From: Basidiobolus meristosporus CBS 931.73
Lineage: Eukaryota > Fungi > Basidiobolomycota
Reading direction: 5' to 3'
DNA length: 64,000 bases
Assembly (NCBI GenBank): GCA_002104905.1
Contig: MCFE01000179.1
Location: 1 to 64,000 of the forward strand
The notes beneath the pieces are model-generated. The model saw only the letters and a list, made by a program, of their open reading frames with translations, did not search any database and was not told the origin of the DNA. Made by a program: the position numbers and the translations under genes. This document shows, piece by piece, positions 35,901 to 47,949 of this stretch; the stretch's first letter is position 1; each line of letters begins with the position of its first letter.

Positions 35901-38900
35901 TGTTGTAAGAGTCTTGGAGATATTGGAAGTGTTTGGGAGAACAAGTAGATTATTTGGTTTTCACTTGATGATTTATTGAATGTAAAAGTAGTATTTATAC
36001 TTTTACATAGTCTTGGCATAGTAAGCACTTAGATTAGGTTTAGGAAAGCTCCAAGAACATGTGTGTAAAGATAAGGGCTGTTTGGACAACTTTGAGAATT
36101 TTTATATTTTGGGTATCAGATATTTTGGTGAAAATATTAAAGCAAATCCCAGCAAGGAATTTGGTCAGTATTCTCTAGGACTTAGTGTTAATGATCTAAG
36201 TAACCAAGCTAGATGAATATTTAGGTAGAATTACAATCTTTATAACACTCCCACTCAACTCTATGTTTGCACATACCAGTCCTAACTTTGACCTAAGATA
36301 TTGAAACTTGTCACTAGCTAATGGTTTGGTGATTATGTCTGGAATCATTTCATCTGCAGGACAGTAAGCTAAGTTAGCCAAGTAATTCTCTATAGCTTCA
36401 TGTATGAAATGGTGTCTAAAATATATGTGCTTAGTTGTAGCATAAAAGTTAGATTTCTACCTAATTGTACACATCCTTGATTATCTTGAAATAAAGTAAT
36501 AGGCATTTATTGACATAAGCCTAAATCTTTAAAAAGCTTCCTTAACCACATTGCTTCTTTTGTAGCTTCACAGACTATCATATACTCTGCCTCTGTGGTA
36601 CAAAGTGCTACAGATGGTTACTTACTCAAATTTCACAAGATTGCTCCTTTACAGTAAAGAAAGGTGTATCCTGAGGTGGATCTTTTGTCTTCTAGTTTAT
36701 ATCCCTAATCAGCATCAGAGTATCCTACAAGACCCTGTTCTGAGTCCTTGTAAGTGTATCTTAAGCAGATATCAGCAGCTCCCTTTCAGTATCTAAAAAT
36801 CCACTTAACCGCTACAATATAATCAAATCTATAGTTCTGATTAAACTGCCTGACAACCTGCAGTAAATATGAAATATCTGGGCATGTTCCAGGCATGATA
36901 TACATCAGACTGTTGACCAAAGATTAATAAGGAAAGTCAGGGCTTTCAGACGGCACTAAGCTCTCTTGATCCAATTGAGTTTTGACTTGAACACTTGTCT
37001 GGCTTCTTTCCCATATATGCAGGCTTCACAGTGCTCCAAATTAGCTGGCAGAACAATTTTTACTCCTGAAATTAGCTGATCTTTGATCATTTCTCACAAA
37101 TAATCAAGATTGATTTGTCCAAATCTCCTGTGCCAAAGCATTGGTGTTTCTTCATTCAAGTTACTTATATTGGCTTCTCAATATGATGAAATATAAGTCA
37201 ACTTGTATAGATTCTGATCTCTGATGCCCAAAGCAATATAAGCACCATTTTGATCAGTGATCTTGCATCCAGAATTGTCAAAGCTGAAATTGAGTTAGAT
37301 CTATTTTGCTTAGTTTTGATTAACCAAGAGCTCTTGAGCAGTTGTCTGGCTTGTTTCTCATATATGCAAGCTTCACAGTGCTCCAAATTAGCTGGGGGAT
37401 CAATTTTTACTCCAGATATTAGCTGATCTTTGATCATTTTGAGCAAGTAATCAAAATTGATGTGCCCAAATCTCCTATGCCAAAGCATTGGTGTTTCTTC
37501 ACTTAAGTTACTTATATTGGCTTCTCAATATGATGAAATATAAGTCAACTTGTATAGATTCTGATCTCTGATACCCAAAACAATATGGGCATTATATGAT
37601 CAGTGATCCTACATTCAGAATTGTCAAAGCTGAACCTGAGTCCTTCTGCTGTGGCCTTGCTTACAGATAGTATGCTCTGGGCTATTTCTGGTACACAGAG
37701 TACTTCTTTAAAGGTCAGTGTATGGCATCCTTCACTGCTTCTAAGGTGAACCTGGATAGTTCCTTTTCCCACTGCATCAAGTGTTCTATTGTGACCTATG
37801 AAAACATTCTTAATTGGAATTTCTTGATATTGGGTAAAAAGTTTTTTTTAGTGTATAAAGTGGTGAGAAGCTCCAAAGTCAGTTTACCACATCTGAGAAG
37901 CCTTGTTTGCGGTATATTTAGTGCAAATATGAATAGTATATCTTCAGATGTTGAAGCATTTCCATATTCAGGCTTTTTCTGCTGACTATCTCTATTTTTC
38001 AAGCACCTGTGTGATGTGCATCCTTTCCTTTTGCAGGAGTTGCAAAACAGGTTGCTATTGCCTTTAAAAGGTCTTGGGTACCTCCTTTATTGGTAATCAT
38101 TGCTTATCAAAGCATATTCCACTTCCTTTTTATTAGCACTTGATTTTCTTAATTCTTCATCCAGAAGCCTTCCATATACATAATTTAAGGTCAAATCTTT
38201 AGTTCTGGACTCTAGGGTGGATACAAGGCCCTGAAACTTGTCTGTCAGGCTATTCAAGATGGTTACTATCACATCCTCATCAGTAGTTGGTATGCACACA
38301 TATCCCATCGCATCCACCAGCAGGGTTATTCTGTGAATTAGATTTTTCATATCTTCTCCTGGCAGCATCTTAGTGGTAGAAAAACTTCATCTAAGATACA
38401 TTTTCTTGGCAGCTGAACATGACTGGTAAGTGTCTTTTAATGCCTTCCAAGTATTCTTTCTGTTTTTGCTCTTGAGCATTGAATTAGCAATTTGTCTTTG
38501 ATATTAAGGCAAATGCAGTTAAAGGTACTTTGTTCTTTGCTCTGGTAACTTAAGGCTTCCTCTCCCATGTTTTTAGGAGGGCATTCTTCTGCCATGGCAA
38601 TATCCCAAATGCCTGTTTCTTGTTGCAGCATCTTCATCTTCACCTTCCACACTTAGTAGTCAGATCCATCCAACTCCTCAGTAGAGGGAAAAATTCCAGT
38701 AATAGCAGTAGTCAAAATTGCAGAGAGTGACAGCTTGGGGCTCATAGCCTGTTGTAAGAGTCTTGGAGATATTGGAAGTGATTTGGAGAACAAGTAGATT
38801 ATGTGGTTTTCACTTAGTAGAGAGGGGATACAGTAGTAGCAGAGTAATAGCAGTAGTAGACATTGCAGAGAGTAACAGCTTGGGGCTGCTAACCTGTTGC

Positions 38901-39242
38901 AAAAGTCTTGGAGATATTGCAAGTGATTTGGGAGGACAAGTAGATAATGTGGCTTTCACTTGATGATTTATTAAATGTAAAAGCAGTATTTATACTTTAT
39001 ATGATCTTTGCATAGCAAGCACATAGAATAGGTTTAGGAAGAACCCAAGAACATGTGCACAAAACTTAGGCTGTTTGGACAAGTTTGAGAATTTTCATGT
39101 TCTGGGCACCTGGTATTTTAGTGAAAATATTCTAAGTAAATCCCAACAAGGATTTTAGTCAGCATTTTCTAGGATTTGGTGGTAAAAATCAAAGTAACTA
39201 AGTTAGGTGAATATTTAGGTCAAATTACAAATTTTTACAATA
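35901..39242 (-). mobile_element. Non-autonomous Ty1/copia element with both LTRs (35901-36247, 38895-39242) and 5-bp TSD GTAGC; integrase core and most of RT deleted
   Basis: GTAGC at 35896-35900 and 39243-39247. PPT TTGAGTGGGAG. Relics of gag, protease, a duplicated GAG-pre-integrase (WHRRFGH..CEAC) and RNase H (ADIITKPL). Confidence 0.9.
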
Positions 39243-39251
39243 GTAGCCACT

Positions 39252-42200
39252 TTACATGTCCTCATCAAGTTCTCCATTCAAAAATGCCGTTTTTACATCC
39301 ATTTGATGAATAAAAAACTTATATTTTGCGGCAATAGCCAAAATTAATCTGAGGGAATTAAACTTGGCTACCATTGCAAAGGTCTGAGTATAGTCAAGTC
39401 CTTTTGTTTGAGAGTATCCTTTGGCTACAAGTCTTGCTTTGTATCTTTCAATTGTACCATCAGCCTTGTATTTTGTCTTCAAGACCCATCTGCATCCAAT
39501 TGATTTTTGATTGATTGGTAATTTGACTAAGTCCCAAGTTTGATTTTCCATCAGGGCCTGATATTCCTCAGTCATTGCAGATCTCCAAAACTTTGTCTGA
39601 GGGCTACTTAGGGCCTCTTTTACAGTCTGGGGTTCATCAATATGGACTGAATAGGCATAGGCTAAGTTTGTACCCTCATTGATATAGTAATTTGAGCTAT
39701 TTCTTGTCCAATTGGATCTCCAGGCATTTGATACTGGAATGATCACTTCTGGGATATTCCTGGGCACTGATTCTGGCTGAACCATGGTTGTAGAGTCCTC
39801 TGGAGTGAAAAAAATTTATTGTTTTGCTCTGATTCAATCCTGACAATTGGTGGACTTGAGATCAAATTTTTGTCATCATCTGATGTCATTTTTTGTGAAA
39901 ATTTTGAATTTTCATCAAACAACACATCCCTGGACTTGATAGGCCTCTTTGCTTTGGTATTGTAGAGTCTGTATGCCTTACTCTCATTGTAGTAGCCCAA
40001 AAATATGCATTTTATACTTTTTGGCTCAAATTTTGACTGATTTCCGGCCAGTTTTTTGGCATATGCTGTACACCCAAATATTCTTAGATGTTCTGCACTT
40101 GGTCTGTATCTATACCATGCTTCAAATGAAGTAGAATCACAAAGTACTCTGCTATAAATCCTATTCTTAAGATATACACCAGTGGCAACTGATTCTGCCC
40201 AAAAATCATAGGATAATTTTTGATCATGGATCATAGATCTTGCCATATCAATTATTGATCTGTTAGCTTGTTCTGCTACTCCATTTTGCTGTGGGGAGTA
40301 TGGTACAGTAGTCTCTTGCTTTATCCCATGAATTTTGCAGAAGTGGATGAAGAGTTTTGAGGTATATTCTCCACCATTGTCAGAGCATATTTTTTTGATT
40401 TTTTCACCAGTTTCTCTCTCCACCATGGCTTTAAACTCCCTGAACTTAGACAGAGCTTCTTTCTTTCTCTCCATGAAGTAGACCCATGCAAATCTTGTAT
40501 AATCATCAATAAAAGTGATTAAATACCTCATCCTACCTAAGGATAAATTTTGCATTGGTCCACACAGATCTGAGTGAATTAGATCTAATTTTTTCTTAGT
40601 TTTGATTAACCCAGAGCTCTTGAATGGTTGTCTGGCTTGTTTCCCATATATGAAGGCTTCACAGTGCTCCAAATTAGCTGGGGGATCAATTTTCACTCCA
40701 GAAATTAGCTGATCTTTGATCATTTTGAGCAAATAATCAAAATTGATGAGCCCAAATCTCCTGTGCCAAAGCATTGGTGTTTCTTCATTCAAGTTACTTA
40801 TATTGGCTTCCAGATATGTTGGAATATAAGTCAACTTGTATAGATTTTGATCTCTGATGCCCAAAGCAATATGAGCACCATTTTGATCAGTGATCCTGCA
40901 TCCAGAATTGTCAAAACTGAAACTGAGTCCTTCTGCTGTGGCCTTGCTTACAGAGAGTAGGTTCTTGGCTATTTCTGGTACATAGAGTACTTCTTTAAAG
41001 GTCAGTGTATGGCTTCCTTCACTGCTTCTAAGGTTTACTTGGATAGTTCCTTCTCCCACTGCTTCAAGTGTTCTATTATCACCCATAAAAATCTTCTTAA
41101 TTGGAATTTCTTGATATTGGGTAAAAAGTTCTTTTTGGTGTGTAAAGTGTTAAGAAGCTCTAGAGTCAATATACCACATCTGAGAATCCTTTTTTGTGGT
41201 CATATTTAGTGCAGATATGAATAGTCTATCCTCAGTTGTTGCAGCATTTGCATATTCAGGCTTCTTTTGCTGATAATCTTGCGTTTTGAGACACCGGTCT
41301 GATGCGTGTCCTTTCCTTTTGCAGTAGTTGCAAAATAGGTTGCTGTTGCCTTTGTAGGGTCTTGAGTACCCCCTTTGTTGGTTATCATTGCTTATTAAAG
41401 CACTTTCTTCTTCCTTCTTATTGGCGCTTGATTTTCTAATTCTTCATCCAGGAGCCTTCCATATACGTAATTTAAGGTCAAATCTTCAGTTCTGGACTCT
41501 AGGGCTGATACAAGACCCTGAAACTCATCTGTCAGGCTATTCAGGATGGTAACAATCACATCCTCATCAGTAGTTGGTACACCAACAGATTCCATCTCAT
41601 CTACCAGCAGGGTAATTCTGTTAATTAGATTTTTCATTTCTTCTCCTGGCAGCATCTTTGTAGTAAAGAATTTTCATTTCAGATACATTTTCTTGGCAGC
41701 TGAACATCACTGGTAGGTGTCTTCCAATGCTTTCCAGGCATTCTTTGCCGTTTTTGCTCTTGAGCATTGAATTAGCAATTTGTCCTTGACATTAAGGCAA
41801 ATGCAGTTAAAGGCACTTTGTTCTTTCTTCTGGTACTTTAAGGCTTCCTCTCCCACGTTTTTAGGAGGGCATTCTTCTCCCATGACAATATCCCAAAGGC
41901 CTCTTTCTTGTAGCAGCATCTTCATCTTCACCTTCCACACTTGGTAGTTAGATCCATCCAACTTTTCAGCAGAGGGAAAAATTTCAGTAATAGCAGTAGT
42001 AGACATTGCAGAGAGTGACAGCTTGGGGCTCATAACCTGTTGTAAGAGTCTTGGAGATATTGGAAGTGATTGGGAGAACAAGTAGATTATGTGGTTTTCA
42101 CTTAATGATTTATTGAATGTAAAAGTAGTATTTATACTTTTACCTGGTCTTGGCATTACTAGCACATAGAATAGATTAAGGAAGGTCCCAAGAACATGTG

Positions 42201-42386
42201 CGCAAAGTGTGGGGCTGTTTGGACAACTTTGAGAATTTTCATGTTCTGGGTACCTGGTATTTTGGTGAAAATATTCTAAGTAAATCCCAACAAGGAATTT
42301 GGTCAGAATTCTCTAGGATTTGAAGGTAATGATCTAAGTGACTAAGTTAGGTGAATATTTATGTGGAAATATGAATTTTTACAACA
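39252..42386 (-). mobile_element. Youngest Ty1/copia element: 5' LTR 42038-42386, gag, protease, integrase and N-terminal RT; truncated at DEDM
   Basis: KLDGSNYQVWK gag; CX2CX4HX4C knuckle; HSDLCGP, FIDDYTR, SDNGGEY, PQQNGVAE integrase; YKARLVAKG and QMDVKTAFLNG RT. Confidence 0.95.
42026..42037 (-). promoter_or_regulatory. Primer-binding site GGTTATGAGCCC (complement of the initiator tRNA-Met anticodon arm), overlapping the gag ATG
   Basis: Immediately follows the LTR end ...ACAACA. The same motif occurs at 62745 (+), with variants next to the LTR stubs at 38750 and 47853. Confidence 0.9.
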
Positions 42387-43096
42387 CATACTCCCTGCTG
42401 AGTTCTGGTCCCCATAATAGGTGTACTCTAGTTCTTGTTTGTGTGAGTCCAATATTGAAAGGTGTAGAAGCTGGCTTGTACCCAGGAGAAACCTGGCATA
42501 TAGTACTAAAGCTGTCCTAACAGAAATTAGTCAGTTGTTGTGTACAACCCAACCTTGTGTTAATCAACTGATAACCCACACATTGGAGCCCCCAGCTTCT
42601 TAATGCCAAAGATATTGGTGTCATCATGTTGTCATTTGTGCTTAGTATTTTCCAACTCTTCCTTGGTATCCTTGAAATGCCAACCTATCAAATATAGGAT
42701 GGAATTGAAGGTATAATTCTTGATGAGATCAGGATATGATTGTATTTGCAATTTGACTTGTCTTCACTTCTACCAACACACATACTCCACAGGAAACTCC
42801 CCAAAGGTAAAGCAAGGCCCAGTATTCTCAACACACCAGGTAAGAGGAATTAGACAATGGGCACATTAGCAGCAGAGATCTACATGCTCAGTGTTGTGCT
42901 TGTGGTATAGTCACTCAATTCCTCTAACAACCCCCTTGCATATGAGCTGTAGGTGCACTAAATTGGCATTGATAATCTGCTTCTGAATGAATACTTCAAA
43001 AATGTTGGTATATGAATCCCAGTGCTTCCAGTATACTACAGGTAGAACTGCTTCAGAAGGCCACCTTAATAATATATATCTAGTACATTGAGTACT
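42387..43096 (-). mobile_element. CACTA/EnSpm-like transposase C-terminal relic
   Basis: Degenerate translation ...YWKHW..NIFEVFIQKQI...DLC..AHCLI..VENTGPCFTFGEFPVE resembles the H..I...GP...W.F..ER segment. It is homologous to 61780-62396. Confidence 0.65.
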
Positions 43097-46000
43097 TGTT
43101 GTAATAGTCTTGGTGATATCAGAAGTGATTGAGAGAACAAGTAGATTATGTGGTTTTCACTTTATGATTTATTGAATGTAAAAGTAGTACTTATTCTTTT
43201 ACATGGTCTTGGCTCAACAAGTACTTAGAATAGGTTAAAGAAGGTCCCAAAAGTATGTGTGCAAAGTTTGGGCTGTGTGGACAACTTAGATCATTACCTT
43301 CAAATCCTGGAGTATACTGACCAAGTTCCTTGAGATTTACTTTGAATATTTTCACCAAAATACCAGGTACACAGAACATGAAGATTCTCTAAGTGACCAA
43401 GTTAGGTGAATATTTGGGTGGAATACAAGTTTCTACAATACTCCCACTTAGCTAAATGCTCAAACAGACTAGTCCTAATTTTGCCCTAAGATATTCAAAC
43501 TTGTCTCTAGCTAATGGTTTTGCAAATATGTCCGCATTCATTTCATCAGAAGGACAGTAAGCTAAGCTAACTAAGCTATTTTTTAAAGCTACATGTATGA
43601 AATGATGTTTAATATCTATGTGCTTAGTTCTAGCATGAAAAGTCGGATATCTACCTAATTTTGAATATCCTTGGCTATCTTGAAACAAAGTAATAAGCAT
43701 TATTTGATATAGGCCTATATCTGTAAAAAGCTTTCTTCACCACATTGCTTCTTTTGGAGCTTCACAGGCTGCCATATACTCTACATTGGTGATGGAAAGT
43801 ACTATGGTTGGTTGCATTCTTGAACTCCATGAAATTACTCCTTGATAGTGTCATGATCACATGACAACCATGAACACCCATGCCAAGTTTCAGCTTCCCA
43901 GCTGAATTTCTAAGAGATTCCTTCTGGAACCTTCTACCACCTTCCAGAAAGTTCCTGACCATTCCAAACCATTGTTACACAATGGAACATTCCATGGAAG
44001 CTTTCCATCGTATTTTTTATAGTCCAGTACCATATATGGAAATACCAGGTCACATGACTTAGTCACATGATCAGGTGACCCAATCCATTTCCCCATCCTG
44101 TCTCAGTACCGTGTCATCTATGTCATTATCCCCAGCACCATTGCTGTGCCTCACCCCACAACCCCATTAGTATTAGCTAACATCTCTCGGCATCAATATA
44201 GCCAAAAAGTATATATAGTCCTATCCCCCCTTAAGTATTCCTCAGTCTGATAAACACAGGTCTTGAATAAACAGCCTTGCCTTGAATCCTGCCTTGCCTT
44301 GATGGTCCACACCTAAGTCCTTTCTTGCCGTGCCTAGCTTTTCCTCCTGCCTTGTGTCTATTCATAACAGATAGAGGAGAAAGGTGTATCCTGCGATTGA
44401 CCCTCTGTCTTCTAAGCTTCATCCCCAATCAGCATCAGAGTATCCTACAAGATCCTGTTCTAAATCCTTACAAGTGTATCTTAATGAGATATCAGCAGTT
44501 CCCTTTAGGTATCTAAAAATCTACTTAACAGCTGCAATATGATCAGATCCTTAGTTCTGATGATGCTGGCTGACAACTCCCACTGAATATGAGATATATG
44601 GACATGTTCCAATCAAGATATACATTAGACTGCCGGCCTTAGATTGATAAGGAAAGTCAGGGCTTTCAGATGACACCAAGCTCCCTTGATTTGGTTGAGT
44701 TTTGACCAAGTCAAGGCTTGTCCCCATTGGGGTAGCTGCCAGTTTACAGTCTTGCATTTGGTACTTCATTAGTATATCTTGAATATACTTGGACTGGGTC
44801 AGGTTGATAGTTTGAGTACTTCTGTCTATAGAGAACTTTATCCTTAAGTAGTAACTGAGTTCTCCTAAATTGGACATCTTGAACTCTTTAGATAGCCTGG
44901 ATTTAGTCTCTTCCAATGTTGCTAGGTTATTTGTGGCTATAATAAGACCATCCACATATAGAGCTAATAGAACTGGATTTGCTCTATCTGACTTAGAGTA
45001 TATACTATAGTCAGCATAACTCCTTTTGAAACTCAAAGATTCCAAATAAGAATCTATATTGCAATTCCAGGCTCTTGGAGATTGTTGAGTCCATATTGAG
45101 ACTTTTTAAGCGTTCAGACTAGATGGGGGTTATCTTGGTCAGCAAACCAATCAGGCTGGTCCATGTACATGTCCTCATCAAGTTCTCCATTCAGAAATGT
45201 AGCTTTTACATCCATTTGATGTATAAAAAGCTTATATTTGTCTGCAATAGCCAATATTAATCTGATGTAATTAAACTTTGCTACTGGTGCAAAGGTCTCA
45301 GTGTAGTTAAGTCCTTTTGTTTGAGAGTATCCTTTGGCCACAAGTCTTGCTTTGTGTCTTTCAACTGTAGCATCAGCCTTATACTTTGTCTTAAAGACCC
45401 AGCTGCATCCAATTGATATTTGGTTGATTGGCAATTTGACTAAGTCCCAAGTTTAATTTGCTTCAGAGACTGATATTCCTCAGTTGTTGCAGATCTCCAA
45501 AACCTTGTCTGAGGGCTATTTAGGGCCTCTTTCACAGTCTGGGACTCATCAATATGATCTGAATAGGCATAGGCTAAGTTTGTATGCTCATTGATATACT
45601 AGTTTGGGCTATATCTAGTCTGGTTGGATCTCTGGGCATTTGATACTGGAATGATCACTTCTAGGAAATTCCTGGGCATAAATTCAGGCTGAACCATGAT
45701 TGTAGAGCCCTCTGGAGAGAAAAAGTTCTCATTGGTTTACTCTGATTCTATCCTGACTATTGGTGGACTTGAGATCAAATTTTTGCCATCATCTGATATC
45801 ATTTTTTGTGAAAATTTTGAGTTTTCATCAAGCAACACATCCCTGAACTTGATTAGCCTCTTTAGTTTGATATTGTAGCGCCTGTATGCCTTGCTCTTAT
45901 TGCAGTAGCCCAATATTAAGCATTCTACACTTTTTGGCTCAAATTTTAACTGATATCTGGGCAGTTTGCTGGCATATGCTGTGCACCCAAGTATTCTTAG

Positions 46001-47943
46001 ATGTTCTGCACCTGGTCTGTGTTCATACCATGCTTCAAATGGAGTAGAATCACAAAGTACTCTGCTATAAATCCTATTTTTAAGGTATACAGCTGTGGAA
46101 ACCAATTCTGCCCAAAAATCATAGGATAATTTTGATCATGGATCATGGATCTTGCCATATCAATAGTTAATCTGTTTGCATGTTGTGCTACTCCATTTTG
46201 CTGTGGGGACTATGTTACAGTAGTCTCTTGCTTTATCCAATGAATCTTGCAGAAGTGAGTGAAGAGTATTGTGGTATAATATCCACTATTGTCAGTGTGT
46301 ATTTTCTAGATTTTCTCACCAGTTTCACTTGCCACCATGGCTTTAAGCTCCCTGAGCTTAAACAGAGCTTCTTCCTTTCTCTCCATGAGGTAGACCCATG
46401 TGTATCTTGTACAATCATCATTAAAAGTGATCAAATACCTCATCCTGCCTAACAATAAATTTTGCATAAGTCCACACAGATCTGAGTGAATTTAATCTAA
46501 TTTTTTCCTGGTTTTGATTAACCCAGAGCTCTTGAACAATTGTCTGGCTTGTTTCCCATATATGCAGGCTTCACAGTGCTTCAAATCAGCTGGGGGATCA
46601 GCTTTTACTCCAGAAATTAGCTGATCTTTGATCATTTTGCACAAATACTCAAAATTGATGAGCCCAAATCTCCTGTGCCAACGCATTGGTGTTTCTTCAA
46701 TTGAGTTACCTACATTGGCTCCCAGATATTATGGAATATAAATCAAAACTGAAACTGAGTCCTTCTGCTGTGGCCTTGTTTACAGATAGTATGTTCTGGG
46801 CTATTTCTGGTACATAGGGTACTTCTTTAAAGGTCAGTGTATGGCATCCTTCACTGCTTCTAAGGTTTACTAGGATAGTTCCTTCTCCCACTGCATCAAG
46901 TGTTCTATTGTCACCCATGCAAACCTTCTTAATTGGAATATCTTGGTATAAGGTAAAAAGTTCTTCTGGGTGCGTAAAGTCAATGTACCACATCTGAGAA
47001 TCCTTGCTTATGGTCCTATCTAGTGCAAATATAAGTAGTCTATCTTCAGTTGTTGCAGTATTTCCATATTCAGGCTTTTTTTGCCAATTATCTCCCTTTT
47101 TGAGACACTGGTCTGATGTGTGTCCTTCCCTTTTACAGTAGTTGCAAAACAGGTTGCTGTTGCTGTTGTAGGGTCTTGGGTACCTCCTTTGCTTGTTATC
47201 ATGGGTGATTAAAGCATTTTTTTCTTCCTTCTTGTTGGTGCTTTATTTTCTTAATTCTTCATCCAGGAGCCTTCCATATACATAGCATAAGGTCAAATCT
47301 TCAGTTCTGGACTCTAGGGCTGATACATGGCCCTGAAACATGTCTGTCAGGCTATTCAGGATGGTTACTATCACATCCCTATCAGTAGTTGGCATGCCCA
47401 GAGATTCCATCTCATTCATCAGCAGGGTAATTCTGTAAATTAGATCTTTCATTTCATTGCCTGGCACCATCTTTATAGTAAGGAATTTTCACCTAAGATA
47501 CATTTTCTTGGTAATCAAGCATGGCTGGTAGGTGTCCTCTAATACATTCCAGTCATTCTTTGCCCTTGTTGCTCTTGAGCATTGAATTAGCAATTTGTCT
47601 TTGATATTGAGGCAAATGCAGTTAAAGTTACTTTGTTCTTTCTTCTGGTACCTTAAGGCTTCCTCTCCCATGTTTTTAAGAGGGCATTCTTCTGCCATGG
47701 CAATATCCCAAATGCCTGTTTCTTGTTGCAGCATCTTCATCTTCACCTTCTACACTTAGTAGTTAGATCCATCCAACTCTTCAGCAGTGGGAAAAATTCC
47801 AGTAATAGCAGTAGTAGGCATTGCAGAGATTGACAGCTTGGGGCTCATAGCCTGTAGTAAGAGTCTTGGAGATATTGGAAGTGATTGGGAGAACAAGTAG
47901 ACTATGTGGTTTTCACTTAGTAGAGTGTGGATACAGTAGTAGC
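43097..47943 (-). mobile_element. Degenerate Ty1/copia element: 3' LTR 43097-43440, RNase H, RT, integrase, protease, gag, truncated 5' LTR stub 47853-47920
   Basis: RTKHIDIKHHF and ADIFAKPL RNase H; RT and integrase ORF fragments; PPT TAAGTGGGAG; many stops and deletions. Confidence 0.92.
43790..44369 (-). repeat. ~580-bp foreign insert in the copia RNase H, probably a solo LTR of another family
   Basis: Interrupts the GYTFL...EYMAA segment that is contiguous in the 35.9-kb copy. Begins TGTTATG on the minus strand; no clean TSD. Confidence 0.55.
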
Positions 47944-47949
47944 CAAGTT

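Noticed and set aside
39840-39880. Integrase C-terminal LISSPP resembles the Ty5 targeting motif LDSSPP
   Set aside because: A six-residue low-complexity match, placed right after the SRDVLFDE segment. The Ty5 partner Sir4 is restricted to budding yeasts, so this is probably coincidence.
41674-41676. Shared in-frame TGA in gag as programmed readthrough
   Set aside because: The fourth copy has CAA at this codon; CpG decay of CGA explains both states more simply.
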